This document shows positions 18,813-26,250 of a stretch of DNA of 26,841 nucleotides, piece by piece (position 1 is the stretch's first letter; each line of letters begins with the position of its first letter). Below the pieces are notes generated by a model. It searched no databases, was not told where the DNA came from, and saw only the letters and a program-made list of their open reading frames with translations. The position numbers were made by a program, and so were the translations under genes. This DNA comes from Minisyncoccia bacterium (GTDB taxonomy: Bacteria > Patescibacteriota > Minisyncoccia > SW-4-49-11): positions 1 to 26,841 of the forward strand of contig JBMTTF010000001.1 of the NCBI GenBank assembly GCA_049449075.1, written 5' to 3'.

Positions 18813-20052
18813 ATATATAAGTATAGTACTCTACTGAGATAACGACCACCAATAAACTAAAGTTAATCAATCCTAACTCACTTAATAATAACAAAAATAT
18901 ATTATGAACAGGCTCATATTGCCACAGCTCTCGATTATCAGATAAATTGACAACATATTGACCTAACCCTACGCCAAACCATAAATTTGAACTTATTATT
19001 TGAACAGAGTCCTTAACATATAAAATTCTTGTGGCTATAGTGTCAAGAATTTGCTGATATGGTAGAATCCATAGAAACATGATACCTATTATAGCCAATG
19101 TATTATTGATAATACGCGGAATAGATTTTAATTTTTTTTGAAATTGTTCCACGTGGAACAATGACTTTCTAGCTACGAATGTCAAATATATAAAATCGAT
19201 GAGCAAAAGCAGCGTTAAAGCCGTTTTAGAGAAGCTCAATAATATTAAAATATGCAAAGCGAGTACTAATACCCTAGAAAAAGGCTTTATAAGCTTTATA
19301 TAGTTTCCATATACAAGCTGAAGTCCAGTAAAGATAGTTATGCTAAAAGCTTGTACTGAAGTCACAATATAATGATCTATACCTCCTGCAAGAATAAGAG
19401 TAAATGAATAAATCATCATAGATACTCCTTTTCCTAACTTTGTAGCATATAATATAATTAAAGCTAGGATTCCAGAGAAGCCTAATATATTTGGATGCGG
19501 AAAAGTACCATACCCCCTAATTAAAGTATTATCAAAAATATTCACTTTAGCTACTCCTGAAATTTGTGTGGATAAAACTGATTCCACCACTATTGGTAAA
19601 CCTATATTTTTTTGTAAAATAAATTGTATGATAACAATAATGGCTTGTATTAACATCCCTATAAAGAGTCCTTTTATTAGATATGTTAGATCTTTAGCTA
19701 AATATTGGAATCTATTTATATACCAAATAACAGATGCCCCTAAATAGAATCTGACCGCCCAGGCCCAGCTAATAAGAGGATATTTAGCCCATAACAACTG
19801 TAGCAAAACCAAACAAAACAAACTTATCCATAACTTATCCACAATTTTATACCCACTAAATGGTATTTTTTTAGTTTTCCAAAATAAAAGTAAGCAAACT
19901 AAAAGCACGGCTATATCTAAACTGTGTAAATATATAGTTGTATAAGGTGATTTTATATTTCTAATTGTATAACTAAAAAGAGTGGTCCTAATTAAAAAAG
20001 GAAGACTTATCCCTATTATTGTATATATGAATACTTTAATTTTACTCTTCAT
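18796..20052 (-). CDS. O-antigen ligase / Wzy_C-like polytopic membrane protein
   Basis: About 11 TM segments; RGYGTFPHPNILG, GVGLGQY and PVHNIFLLLLSELG motifs. Confidence 0.8.
   Translation of the reverse strand: MKSKIKVFIYTIIGISLPFLIRTTLFSYTIRNIKSPYTTIYLHSLDIAVLLVCLLLFWKTKKIPFSGYKIVDKLWISLFCLVLLQLLWAKYPLISWAWAVRFYLGASVIWYINRFQYLAKDLTYLIKGLFIGMLIQAIIVIIQFILQKNIGLPIVVESVLSTQISGVAKVNIFDNTLIRGYGTFPHPNILGFSGILALIILYATKLGKGVSMMIYSFTLILAGGIDHYIVTSVQAFSITIFTGLQLVYGNYIKLIKPFSRVLVLALHILILLSFSKTALTLLLLIDFIYLTFVARKSLFHVEQFQKKLKSIPRIINNTLAIIGIMFLWILPYQQILDTIATRILYVKDSVQIISSNLWFGVGLGQYVVNLSDNRELWQYEPVHNIFLLLLSELGLINFSLLVVVISVEYYTYIYGYKK
19145..19160. promoter_or_regulatory. parS site 2 (inside coding sequence, read as LFHVEQ)
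   Basis: Perfect TGTTCCACGTGGAACA. Confidence 0.9.
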
Positions 20053-20214
20053 TTCATTTCTTTATCAGAATTCTAATCTTGTCAGCGTTCAAAGAATGAT
20101 ATATATTTATATGTGTGTATGTATTATAATCATATCATATTATTTTTTGTGGATAAATTGTTAAAAACCACTACTTATACCCAACTTATCCACAATTATT
20201 ATTAATAAATCTTT

Positions 20215-21201
20215 ATGTTATACAAAAATATAGTAGTGATTGGAGGCGGAACTGGTAGTTATACAGTGTTGTCTGGACTAAAACTATTTACTAATTTAAA
20301 CCTACAGGCTATTGTCACAATGGCTGATAATGGAGGTTCTACTGGCAAATTAAGAGATGAGTTGGGAGTATTACCTCCCGGAGATGCTAGACAATGTCTT
20401 GTAGCATTAGCTGAATCGCCAGAAATTCTAAGAGAATTATTTAACTATAGATTTGACTCTGGTGAATTAAGTGGACATAATTTTGGTAATCTATTTTTAT
20501 CAGCTTTAGAAAAAATTACTGGCAATTTTGAAGAAGCTATTAAAACTGCTAGTTCTATTCTCTCTATCAGGGGACAGGTTATTCCAGTCACAACATCTAA
20601 TATCAACTTATGTATCGATCTTGACAATGGTGACAAATTAATAGGAGAAGCATGTGTAGCTGATTCTAAAGAATTAATTAAACATAGTGTCAGAAAAGTA
20701 CATTTAACTCCAGAGCCTCAAATCAACCCGAAGGCTTTTGATGCTATTATGAAGGCAGATAGTGTAATTATTGGTCCAGGAAATTTCTATTGCAGCTTAA
20801 TACCTAATATGATTGTCCCTGGGATGAAAGAAGCCTTAATTAAAACATCTGCGCAAATCATATATAATGTCAATCTAATGTCTAAAGTTGGGCATTCTAA
20901 TAACTGGTCGGTAGAAGATCACGTCAATCAAATGCATAGATTTATAGGTGCTGAAGTTATAGAGATAGCACTCTATAATACAACTCAACCAGACCCTAAA
21001 TTAGTAGAGAAGTATAAGGAAGAGGGGGAACCTGTAATCAAAGCTTCAGGATCGGATAAAATTGGACATACAGCCCTCATTGGAGCTGATTTAATAGCAG
21101 ATGGTATATTTATTAACCCAAACAAAAAAGACCCCGTCAAAAGGACTTTAATTCGGCATGACTCTCTAAAACTTGCGGAATCTTTATATAGATTAATTTA
21201 G
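20215..21201 (+). CDS. yvcK: YvcK/CofD-like gluconeogenesis factor (UDP-sugar binding)
   Basis: VVIGGGTG, MADNGGSTGKLRDE, LPPGDARQCL, GHNFGNL, IGPGNFYCSLIP, IRHD. Confidence 0.93.
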   Translation: MLYKNIVVIGGGTGSYTVLSGLKLFTNLNLQAIVTMADNGGSTGKLRDELGVLPPGDARQCLVALAESPEILRELFNYRFDSGELSGHNFGNLFLSALEKITGNFEEAIKTASSILSIRGQVIPVTTSNINLCIDLDNGDKLIGEACVADSKELIKHSVRKVHLTPEPQINPKAFDAIMKADSVIIGPGNFYCSLIPNMIVPGMKEALIKTSAQIIYNVNLMSKVGHSNNWSVEDHVNQMHRFIGAEVIEIALYNTTQPDPKLVEKYKEEGEPVIKASGSDKIGHTALIGADLIADGIFINPNKKDPVKRTLIRHDSLKLAESLYRLI

Positions 21202-21453
21202 AAGACAATATAGATTCTACTGGTTAAAAAGTTTGGCATTTTATTTAGAATATGATATTTTATTAGTAGCCTCTGTATTATTTCCATGAAAGAATTTATC
21301 TTGACTGCGTATGGATTAATACTTGAAATATTTACTATAATAATAGTATTCCTGTACGAATACTTAAAAGTAATTAGAAGACAATTATATAGGCGCATTT
21401 ATAGATACTATAAAAAGAAATAAGATAAGAAATCTATCATATCAAACTATACC

Positions 21454-21479
21454 CAACCTACCAATTATAAGGTAGGTTG
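21454..21479. terminator. Hairpin immediately after typA stop
   Basis: CAACCTACC-AATTATAA-GGTAGGTTG perfect 9-bp stem; no adjacent U tract. Confidence 0.55.
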
Positions 21480-23285
21480 CTATCTGTTTGACCTTTTTCT
21501 TTCATTAGAATCTAGAATTCTCTTACGGATTCTAAGACTCATTGGAGTTACTTCCAATAATTCATCGTCAGCCAAATACTCAATACAGGCCTCTAGAGAC
21601 ATATCTTTTGGTGGAGCTATAAAAATACCGTCATCAGACCCAGAAGCTCTCATATTGGTCAATTTTTTAGATTTAACGGGGTTTATTTCCACATCTTGCT
21701 CCCGATTAGATTCACCCAAAACCATTCCAGGATAAACCTCAGTCCCATCCGGTACAAAGAATACCCCTCTATCTGAAGCCCCATCTAGAGCATATTTAGT
21801 AATTTTACCAAGTTCTAGAGACACAATAGATCCAGTAGACCTACCTTTACCACTAGACATTCTTGGACCATATTCTAGGAAAGAACTATTCATAATCACA
21901 GTTCCTTTAGATAGAGTCAATAAGACACTCCTTAGCCCAATAAGGTTCTGAGTAGTAATTTTATATTCAATATGAGACTCATTATGCTCATTAATCTCCA
22001 TATTTACTAATTCTCCCTGCCTTTTATTTACAGCTTCAATAATCTTACCACTATATTCTTCAGGAACATCTAGACTCAATAATTCATAAGGCTCTTCTAC
22101 AGTCCCGTTTTGCTCTCGCAAAATAACCTGAGGCCTTCCAACAGAAAACTCATATCCCTCTCGTCGCATAGTCTCAATCAAAACAGCTAAATGCAGCTCC
22201 CCACGACCAGCTACCAAAAACTTATCAGGACTATCTGTATCCTCAATTCTCAAGCTAATATTAGTCTCTTGTTCCTTATATAATCTGTCTCTTATCATAC
22301 GAGAAGTAGAATACTTACCTTCCTTTCCCGAGAATGGACTATCATTAATTGCAAACATCATCTGCAAAGTAGGGCTTTCTACCTCTACTGGAGCAATTTG
22401 GATGGGATTTTGAGAGTCTGCAATAGTATCTCCAATCTCAATACCCGCAATACCAGCAATAACCGCAATATCACCAGCTACAATTTCAGTAGCCTCTACT
22501 AAATCCATTCCACTATATTTCAGCAAACTAGTGATAGTATTCTTAGTATGATTCCCAGCCTTATCTATTCTGACCACCGACATACCTTTGACAATTTTAC
22601 CAGCATCAATTCTACCTACAGCCATAGTTCCTTTGAACTTATCAAATTGAAGATTCAAGGTCAACATTCTAAATGAATCTGCAATAGGAGACGTAGGAGC
22701 TGGAATTTCATTTATAATAACCTCGAATAGCTCAGTCAAATCCTTACCAGTTTGGTCAGTTTCCAAAGAAGCAGACCCATTAATAGCTGAAGCATAAACA
22801 ATTGGGAAATCTAATTGCTTATCATTAGCATTCAAAGTCACGAATAAGTCAAAAGTCTTATCTACCACTGCATCGGGATTAGCATCAGGGCGATCGATTT
22901 TATTAATAACCACCACTACCCGAAGCCCCAAAGCTAAAGCTTTTTTCAATACAAATTTCGTCTGAGGCATAGGCCCCTCTTTAGAATCTACCAATAAAAG
23001 AGCTCCATCTGCCATTTTTAGCACTCGTTCTACCTCACCACCAAAATCAGCATGACCAGGAGTGTCAATCAAATTAATCGTATAGTCTTTATAGGTAACG
23101 GAAGCATTCTTAGCCCTAATAGTAATACCTTTTTCTCGCTCCAAATCCATAGAATCCATCACGCGCTCCTGTACATTCTGATTCTCTCTAAAAATCTGAG
23201 TTTGATGCAAAATAGCATCCATCAAGGTAGTTTTACCATGATCAACATGAGCTATAATAGCAAGGTTACGAATATGTGCATTCAT
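21480..23285 (-). CDS. typA: Translational GTPase TypA/BipA
   Basis: IAHVDHGKTT, ERGITI-like EKGITI, DTPGHADFGGEVER, GRGELHL, RREGYE, EVTPMSLRIRK. Confidence 0.99.
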   Translation of the reverse strand: MNAHIRNLAIIAHVDHGKTTLMDAILHQTQIFRENQNVQERVMDSMDLEREKGITIRAKNASVTYKDYTINLIDTPGHADFGGEVERVLKMADGALLLVDSKEGPMPQTKFVLKKALALGLRVVVVINKIDRPDANPDAVVDKTFDLFVTLNANDKQLDFPIVYASAINGSASLETDQTGKDLTELFEVIINEIPAPTSPIADSFRMLTLNLQFDKFKGTMAVGRIDAGKIVKGMSVVRIDKAGNHTKNTITSLLKYSGMDLVEATEIVAGDIAVIAGIAGIEIGDTIADSQNPIQIAPVEVESPTLQMMFAINDSPFSGKEGKYSTSRMIRDRLYKEQETNISLRIEDTDSPDKFLVAGRGELHLAVLIETMRREGYEFSVGRPQVILREQNGTVEEPYELLSLDVPEEYSGKIIEAVNKRQGELVNMEINEHNESHIEYKITTQNLIGLRSVLLTLSKGTVIMNSSFLEYGPRMSSGKGRSTGSIVSLELGKITKYALDGASDRGVFFVPDGTEVYPGMVLGESNREQDVEINPVKSKKLTNMRASGSDDGIFIAPPKDMSLEACIEYLADDELLEVTPMSLRIRKRILDSNERKRSNR

Positions 23286-23329
23286 ATGGTTTAATAGTTA
23301 GAAGATAAGAGGATTGATATAATTGTGTT

Positions 23330-23358
23330 ATTTTACATTAAATAAGAATAAAAAGCAA
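23330..23358 (-). promoter_or_regulatory. sigma70 promoter of typA
   Basis: TTGCTT-17 bp-TAAAAT. Confidence 0.6.
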
Positions 23359-23400
23359 ATATATCCAGTTCGATGAATGATGAATTATAAATGTCATATA

Positions 23401-23429
23401 TTGACAAATGTATATAAGTATTATAGTAT
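23401..23429 (+). promoter_or_regulatory. sigma70 promoter of a short transcript or msrQ-like leader
   Basis: TTGACA-17 bp-TAGTAT (alternatively TATAGT at 15 bp). Confidence 0.5.
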
Positions 23430-23473
23430 ATTATTCTGCTTAAGCAAGCAAAGACAATTATAAATATCATTCT

Positions 23474-23497
23474 AAAAAGGGCGCTCAGCTCTTTTTT
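23474..23497 (+). terminator. Intrinsic terminator-like hairpin
   Basis: AAAAGGGC-GCTCA-GCTCTTTT followed by more T. Confidence 0.6.
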
Positions 23498-23514
23498 GTT
23501 TGTTTTACTCTCAA

Positions 23515-23530
23515 TGTTCCACGTGGAACA
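23515..23530. promoter_or_regulatory. parS site 3
   Basis: Perfect TGTTCCACGTGGAACA. Confidence 0.9.
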
Positions 23531-23557
23531 TCTTCTAATTTATAATTTCTTTTTCTA

Positions 23558-23566
23558 TGTTATAAT
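23558..23566 (+). promoter_or_regulatory. Extended -10 element for MsrQ-like gene
   Basis: TGTTATAAT 25 bp upstream of ATG 23592; -35 not evident. Confidence 0.45.
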
Positions 23567-23591
23567 CTGTAATAATATTAAATTTAAATCT

Positions 23592-24179
23592 ATGAAACTT
23601 CTACACAAAATCATTATTTGGCTTACTTATAGCAGTCCTATTTTATTCTTGCCTTTTTTCTTCCTTAAAGTTGGTGAGCGAGTAGAGTATGGGAAGAATA
23701 TGGGAACTTTATCTCTTATTCTATTTATTATTACTCTTATACCGAGTATGATTAGACGATTTGGATTGGCAAAAGAGTTTAGTTTACTAATTAAACTTAC
23801 TTTACCTGTCAGAAGGCAATTTGGGATTTTGATGTTTATGACAGCTTTCACTCATTATTTAGCAATGAAAGTAATTCCGACTTTACAATTTAGACTACCT
23901 CCATCTTTACCTCCTTATCAGGCTTTTGGGTTGGTGGCTCTAATATTCTCTTTTGCTCTCTTTATCACCTCCAACAATTGGGCTACCCGAAAGCTCAAGT
24001 CAAACTGGAAAAGACTACATCGCCTTACATATGTTATTGGATGGCTAATTTTTGGGCATGTTTTGCTAGGTGGACTTAAATCTGAGGGTGAAATTTCCCT
24101 ACAAGCAATTATAATCGGAGTTATAATGGTCTTAGAAATTGCCTCTTTGATTAAGGCGCGAGTGAGTACTGGAGCTTAG
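23592..24179 (+). CDS. MsrQ/YedZ-like ferric-reductase transmembrane protein
   Basis: RRQFGI, THY, LFITSN, NWKRLHRLTYV and GHV motifs with three candidate heme His; ATG 23592 preferred to TTG 23496. Confidence 0.82.
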   Translation: MKLLHKIIIWLTYSSPILFLPFFFLKVGERVEYGKNMGTLSLILFIITLIPSMIRRFGLAKEFSLLIKLTLPVRRQFGILMFMTAFTHYLAMKVIPTLQFRLPPSLPPYQAFGLVALIFSFALFITSNNWATRKLKSNWKRLHRLTYVIGWLIFGHVLLGGLKSEGEISLQAIIIGVIMVLEIASLIKARVSTGA

Positions 24180-24463
24180 GATTTAGGTATATTAATTTGT
24201 AATGTTAAAATTAATACTGTTAAATTAGCAAGAAGATAAATACTTGAAACTATAATATATAGATTATCTTGCAATACAAATATACCATACAAACATGAGA
24301 CTCCAGAAGTAGATGCCCACAATGCAAAAGAGCGTTTGTTAGCGCTATTCTTTTTGTATATATATAAATCCTTTATGGTTGGCCAATATCCTATAATATC
24401 TATTGCAGCAGTAGCTCCAAATAAGAAAATTATAAATTGAGTAAATATTTGATATATGTCCAT
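24176..24463 (-). CDS. Small 3-TM membrane protein, PQ-loop/SemiSWEET-like
   Basis: 95 aa with 3 hydrophobic helices; GYWPTIKDLY..KNSANKRS resembles the PQ-loop (PT in place of PQ). Confidence 0.6.
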   Translation of the reverse strand: MDIYQIFTQFIIFLFGATAAIDIIGYWPTIKDLYIYKKNSANKRSFALWASTSGVSCLYGIFVLQDNLYIIVSSIYLLANLTVLILTLQINIPKS

Positions 24464-24518
24464 TTTATTTAGATTAAATATAATATATTTGTATTATATA
24501 TTATATTAGTTTTAGACA

Positions 24519-25148
24519 CTACCCAAGATGGGCATGATCATTCCATGTTACAACTTTCCAAAATTTTTCAATTTCATCATATTGCATCCATACAATACCA
24601 GTATTACTCATTACAAAATTATTTACTATAATTTTTGATTCCCTAACATTCACATCATAACCAAATAAACAATACCAGAGCAGGCAATGTAAAAAGTTTT
24701 TATGAGTTACTACCGCAATATTATCTTCTATCCTATTTTCCAAAAAATCAAAGCATTCTTTAGCTCTCTGCCTTAAATCTACAAAATTTTCTTCATCTGA
24801 ATATTTCCAATCTAGATTCTCACAATTTAATTCAATTTCCTTGTCTATCGCTTGTAATTCTGGTGTGTTTTTACTCCTATTTTCTTGGATTGAGGGTCTT
24901 TTTCTTTCTCTAAATAATTGACTTTCTATAATATCTTTACCAGTCACTTCAGCAATATACCCAGCAGTTTGTTTTGCTCTAATATAATTACTCGTAATAA
25001 TAGTCTCAACTTCAATATTAGAGAACCTGTCAGCTATTAAATTTGCTTGAATATGTCCTTTTTGGGACAATAAAGTCTCAGAAGACTGATATAGCCTTGC
25101 CTGATTACCTTCTGACTCACCATGCCTTACAAAATATATATTTTTCAT
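24519..25148 (-). CDS. Histidine phosphatase (phosphoglycerate mutase family)
   Basis: IYFVRHGESEGN, SNYIRAKQTA, AVVTH, NTGI, WNDHAHL; ATG 25148 used because the longer ORF runs into tRNA-Ala. Confidence 0.92.
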   Translation of the reverse strand: MKNIYFVRHGESEGNQARLYQSSETLLSQKGHIQANLIADRFSNIEVETIITSNYIRAKQTAGYIAEVTGKDIIESQLFRERKRPSIQENRSKNTPELQAIDKEIELNCENLDWKYSDEENFVDLRQRAKECFDFLENRIEDNIAVVTHKNFLHCLLWYCLFGYDVNVRESKIIVNNFVMSNTGIVWMQYDEIEKFWKVVTWNDHAHLG

Positions 25149-25152
25149 ACTG

Positions 25153-25225
25153 TGGACCTGACTGGGATCGAACCAGCCACCTCCTCGGTGCAAGCGAGGC
25201 GCTCTACCATATGAGCTACAGGCCC
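25153..25225 (-). tRNA. tRNA-Ala (TGC), CCA not encoded
   Basis: GGGCCTG/CAGGTCC with G3-U70, CCTCG-CT TGC AC-CGAGG, GGTTCGATCCC. Confidence 0.97.
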
Positions 25226-25244
25226 TTATATAATTACAGACTAG

Positions 25245-25273
25245 ATTATATCAGATTGTCATTATCTATGCAA
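25245..25273 (-). promoter_or_regulatory. sigma70 promoter of tRNA-Ala
   Basis: TTGCAT-17 bp-TATAAT with TGn extension. Confidence 0.75.
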
Positions 25274-25307
25274 GAGATAAAAATAATACCATTAATACCT
25301 TGAGATT

Positions 25308-25391
25308 AAGTATCTTATATGAACGGTTTTATTGAGAATTTATTATGTATTTACTTGTCTTCTCAATACCCAAGCGAATATAAGACACTTT
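25308..25391 (-). other. Long nested hairpin downstream of cupin gene
   Basis: Outer 13-bp stem 25308-25320/25379-25391 (one G-U on the minus strand); inner 9-bp stem TATTGAGAA/TTCTCAATA 25330-25338/25360-25368. Confidence 0.6.
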
Positions 25392-25399
25392 TTTATACC

Positions 25400-25819
25400 T
25401 TATTCTTCATGCTCTGCAGCATCAGCCTCGGCTTTGGTCAAATGCACAGTTCCAAAAGGATGTTCTGGTTCTGCATAAATAGAGTATAATTGCAAAGGCT
25501 CATCCCCGGTATTGACTATATTATGAAATATCTCAGCTGGGACATGTATAGAATACCCATCTTCAATATCTTTTACAAAATCCAAATTATCCCGATTTTG
25601 CCCCATATAAACCTTTCCTTGTCCTTGATCTACTCTAATGAACTGTTCAATATTATGATGTGCTTCAAGGCCAATTTCTCCGCCCACAGGTATAGACATA
25701 ACTGTCACCTGCATCTTGTCTCCAGTCCAAATTGTCTGGCGGTAGGCTTGATTCTCGATTACTAATTCTTCTAGATTAAATACTGCTGGTTGTTTACCCT
25801 TGTCTTCAATCATTTTCAT
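25400..25819 (-). CDS. Cupin domain protein
   Basis: ENQAYRQTIWTG, QVTVMSI, IGLEAHH..EQF..V..GQG, VPAEIFHNIVNTG, LYSIYA.PEHPFGTVH. Confidence 0.92.
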   Translation of the reverse strand: MKMIEDKGKQPAVFNLEELVIENQAYRQTIWTGDKMQVTVMSIPVGGEIGLEAHHNIEQFIRVDQGQGKVYMGQNRDNLDFVKDIEDGYSIHVPAEIFHNIVNTGDEPLQLYSIYAEPEHPFGTVHLTKAEADAAEHEE

Positions 25820-25934
25820 AATAGTAATGATTAATATTACATTTATATTATATACCTTGTAGGAGGGTGTTGTCTATATATTGGCAATGTTGATGAGTGA
25901 CACCTGTCCACTATCTACTAAATTATACCTCTCC

Positions 25935-25971
25935 AAATAAAAGAGAGGAGCTTTACTCCTCTCTTTTATTT
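25935..25971 (-). terminator. Intrinsic terminator (distal copy)
   Basis: Perfect 16-bp stem AAATAAAAGAGAGGAG / CTCCTCTCTTTTATTT with 5-nt loop. Confidence 0.85.
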
Positions 25972-26132
25972 AGGGCGGGGACAACCAAAACGTAAGCGTT
26001 TTCCAAAACCACTCGGTTTTGGTGTTTCCGCCACGGGAAACTACCGTTTCCCGACCCCTTCCCCCGGCCGTCAACCAACCAAAAATAAAGAGAGGTGTAT
26101 ATGTACTCCTCTCTTTTATTTAGGGCGGGGAC
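25954..26132. repeat. 29-bp direct repeat (tRNA-Asp 3' end plus terminator arm) at 150-bp spacing, enclosing a GC-rich palindromic module
   Basis: TACTCCTCTCTTTTATTTAGGGCGGGGAC at 25954-25982 and 26104-26132; three 4-nt-loop hairpins in between. Confidence 0.9.
26081..26121 (-). terminator. Intrinsic terminator directly after tRNA-Asp
   Basis: Imperfect homolog of the 25935-25971 hairpin, followed by a U tract on the minus strand. Confidence 0.8.
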
Positions 26133-26199
26133 GGCCGGGCTCGAACCGGTGACCTTCTGCGTGACAGGCAGACGCTCTAACCAACTGAGCTACGCCCCC
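26126..26199 (-). tRNA. tRNA-Asp (GTC), CCA not encoded
   Basis: GGGGGCG/CGTCCCC acceptor, G73, TCTGC-CT GTC AC-GCAGA; T-stem has an A49-C65 mismatch. Confidence 0.95.
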
Positions 26200-26210
26200 A
26201 TAATTGTTGT

Positions 26211-26239
26211 ATTATACCAGTAATCTGATGCTTATGCAA
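26211..26239 (-). promoter_or_regulatory. sigma70 promoter of tRNA-Asp
   Basis: TTGCAT-17 bp-TATAAT with TGn extension. Confidence 0.75.
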
Positions 26240-26250
26240 GAGCAACACTC

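Larger units (their letters stand above)
18484..20197. other. DnaA-box cluster, candidate oriC region
   Basis: Perfect TTATCCACA at 18484, 19567(-), 19835, 20148(-), 20186; TTATACACA at 18640; one-mismatch boxes at 18619, 18630, 19824, 19847, 20175. Confidence 0.6.

Noticed and set aside
21198-21398. 66-aa ORF and 12-bp direct repeat TTAGAAGACAAT (21198-21209, 21374-21385) as a small insertion with target duplication
   Set aside because: AT-rich, no terminal inverted repeats, no recognisable protein; a single 12-mer match is weak evidence.
23496-23591. N-terminal extension MFVLLSMFHVEH... of the MsrQ-like ORF
   Set aside because: It is a translation of the terminator tail, parS (FHVEH) and promoter DNA; ATG 23592 is the likelier start.
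2073-23851. Antisense or nested short ORFs in the track (e.g. 2073-2315, 4147-4575, 4648-5013, 5334-5699, 7817-8098, 10877-11092, 17879-18228, 19982-20164, 23627-23851)
   Set aside because: Shadows of well-supported genes with no motifs or independent expression signals.
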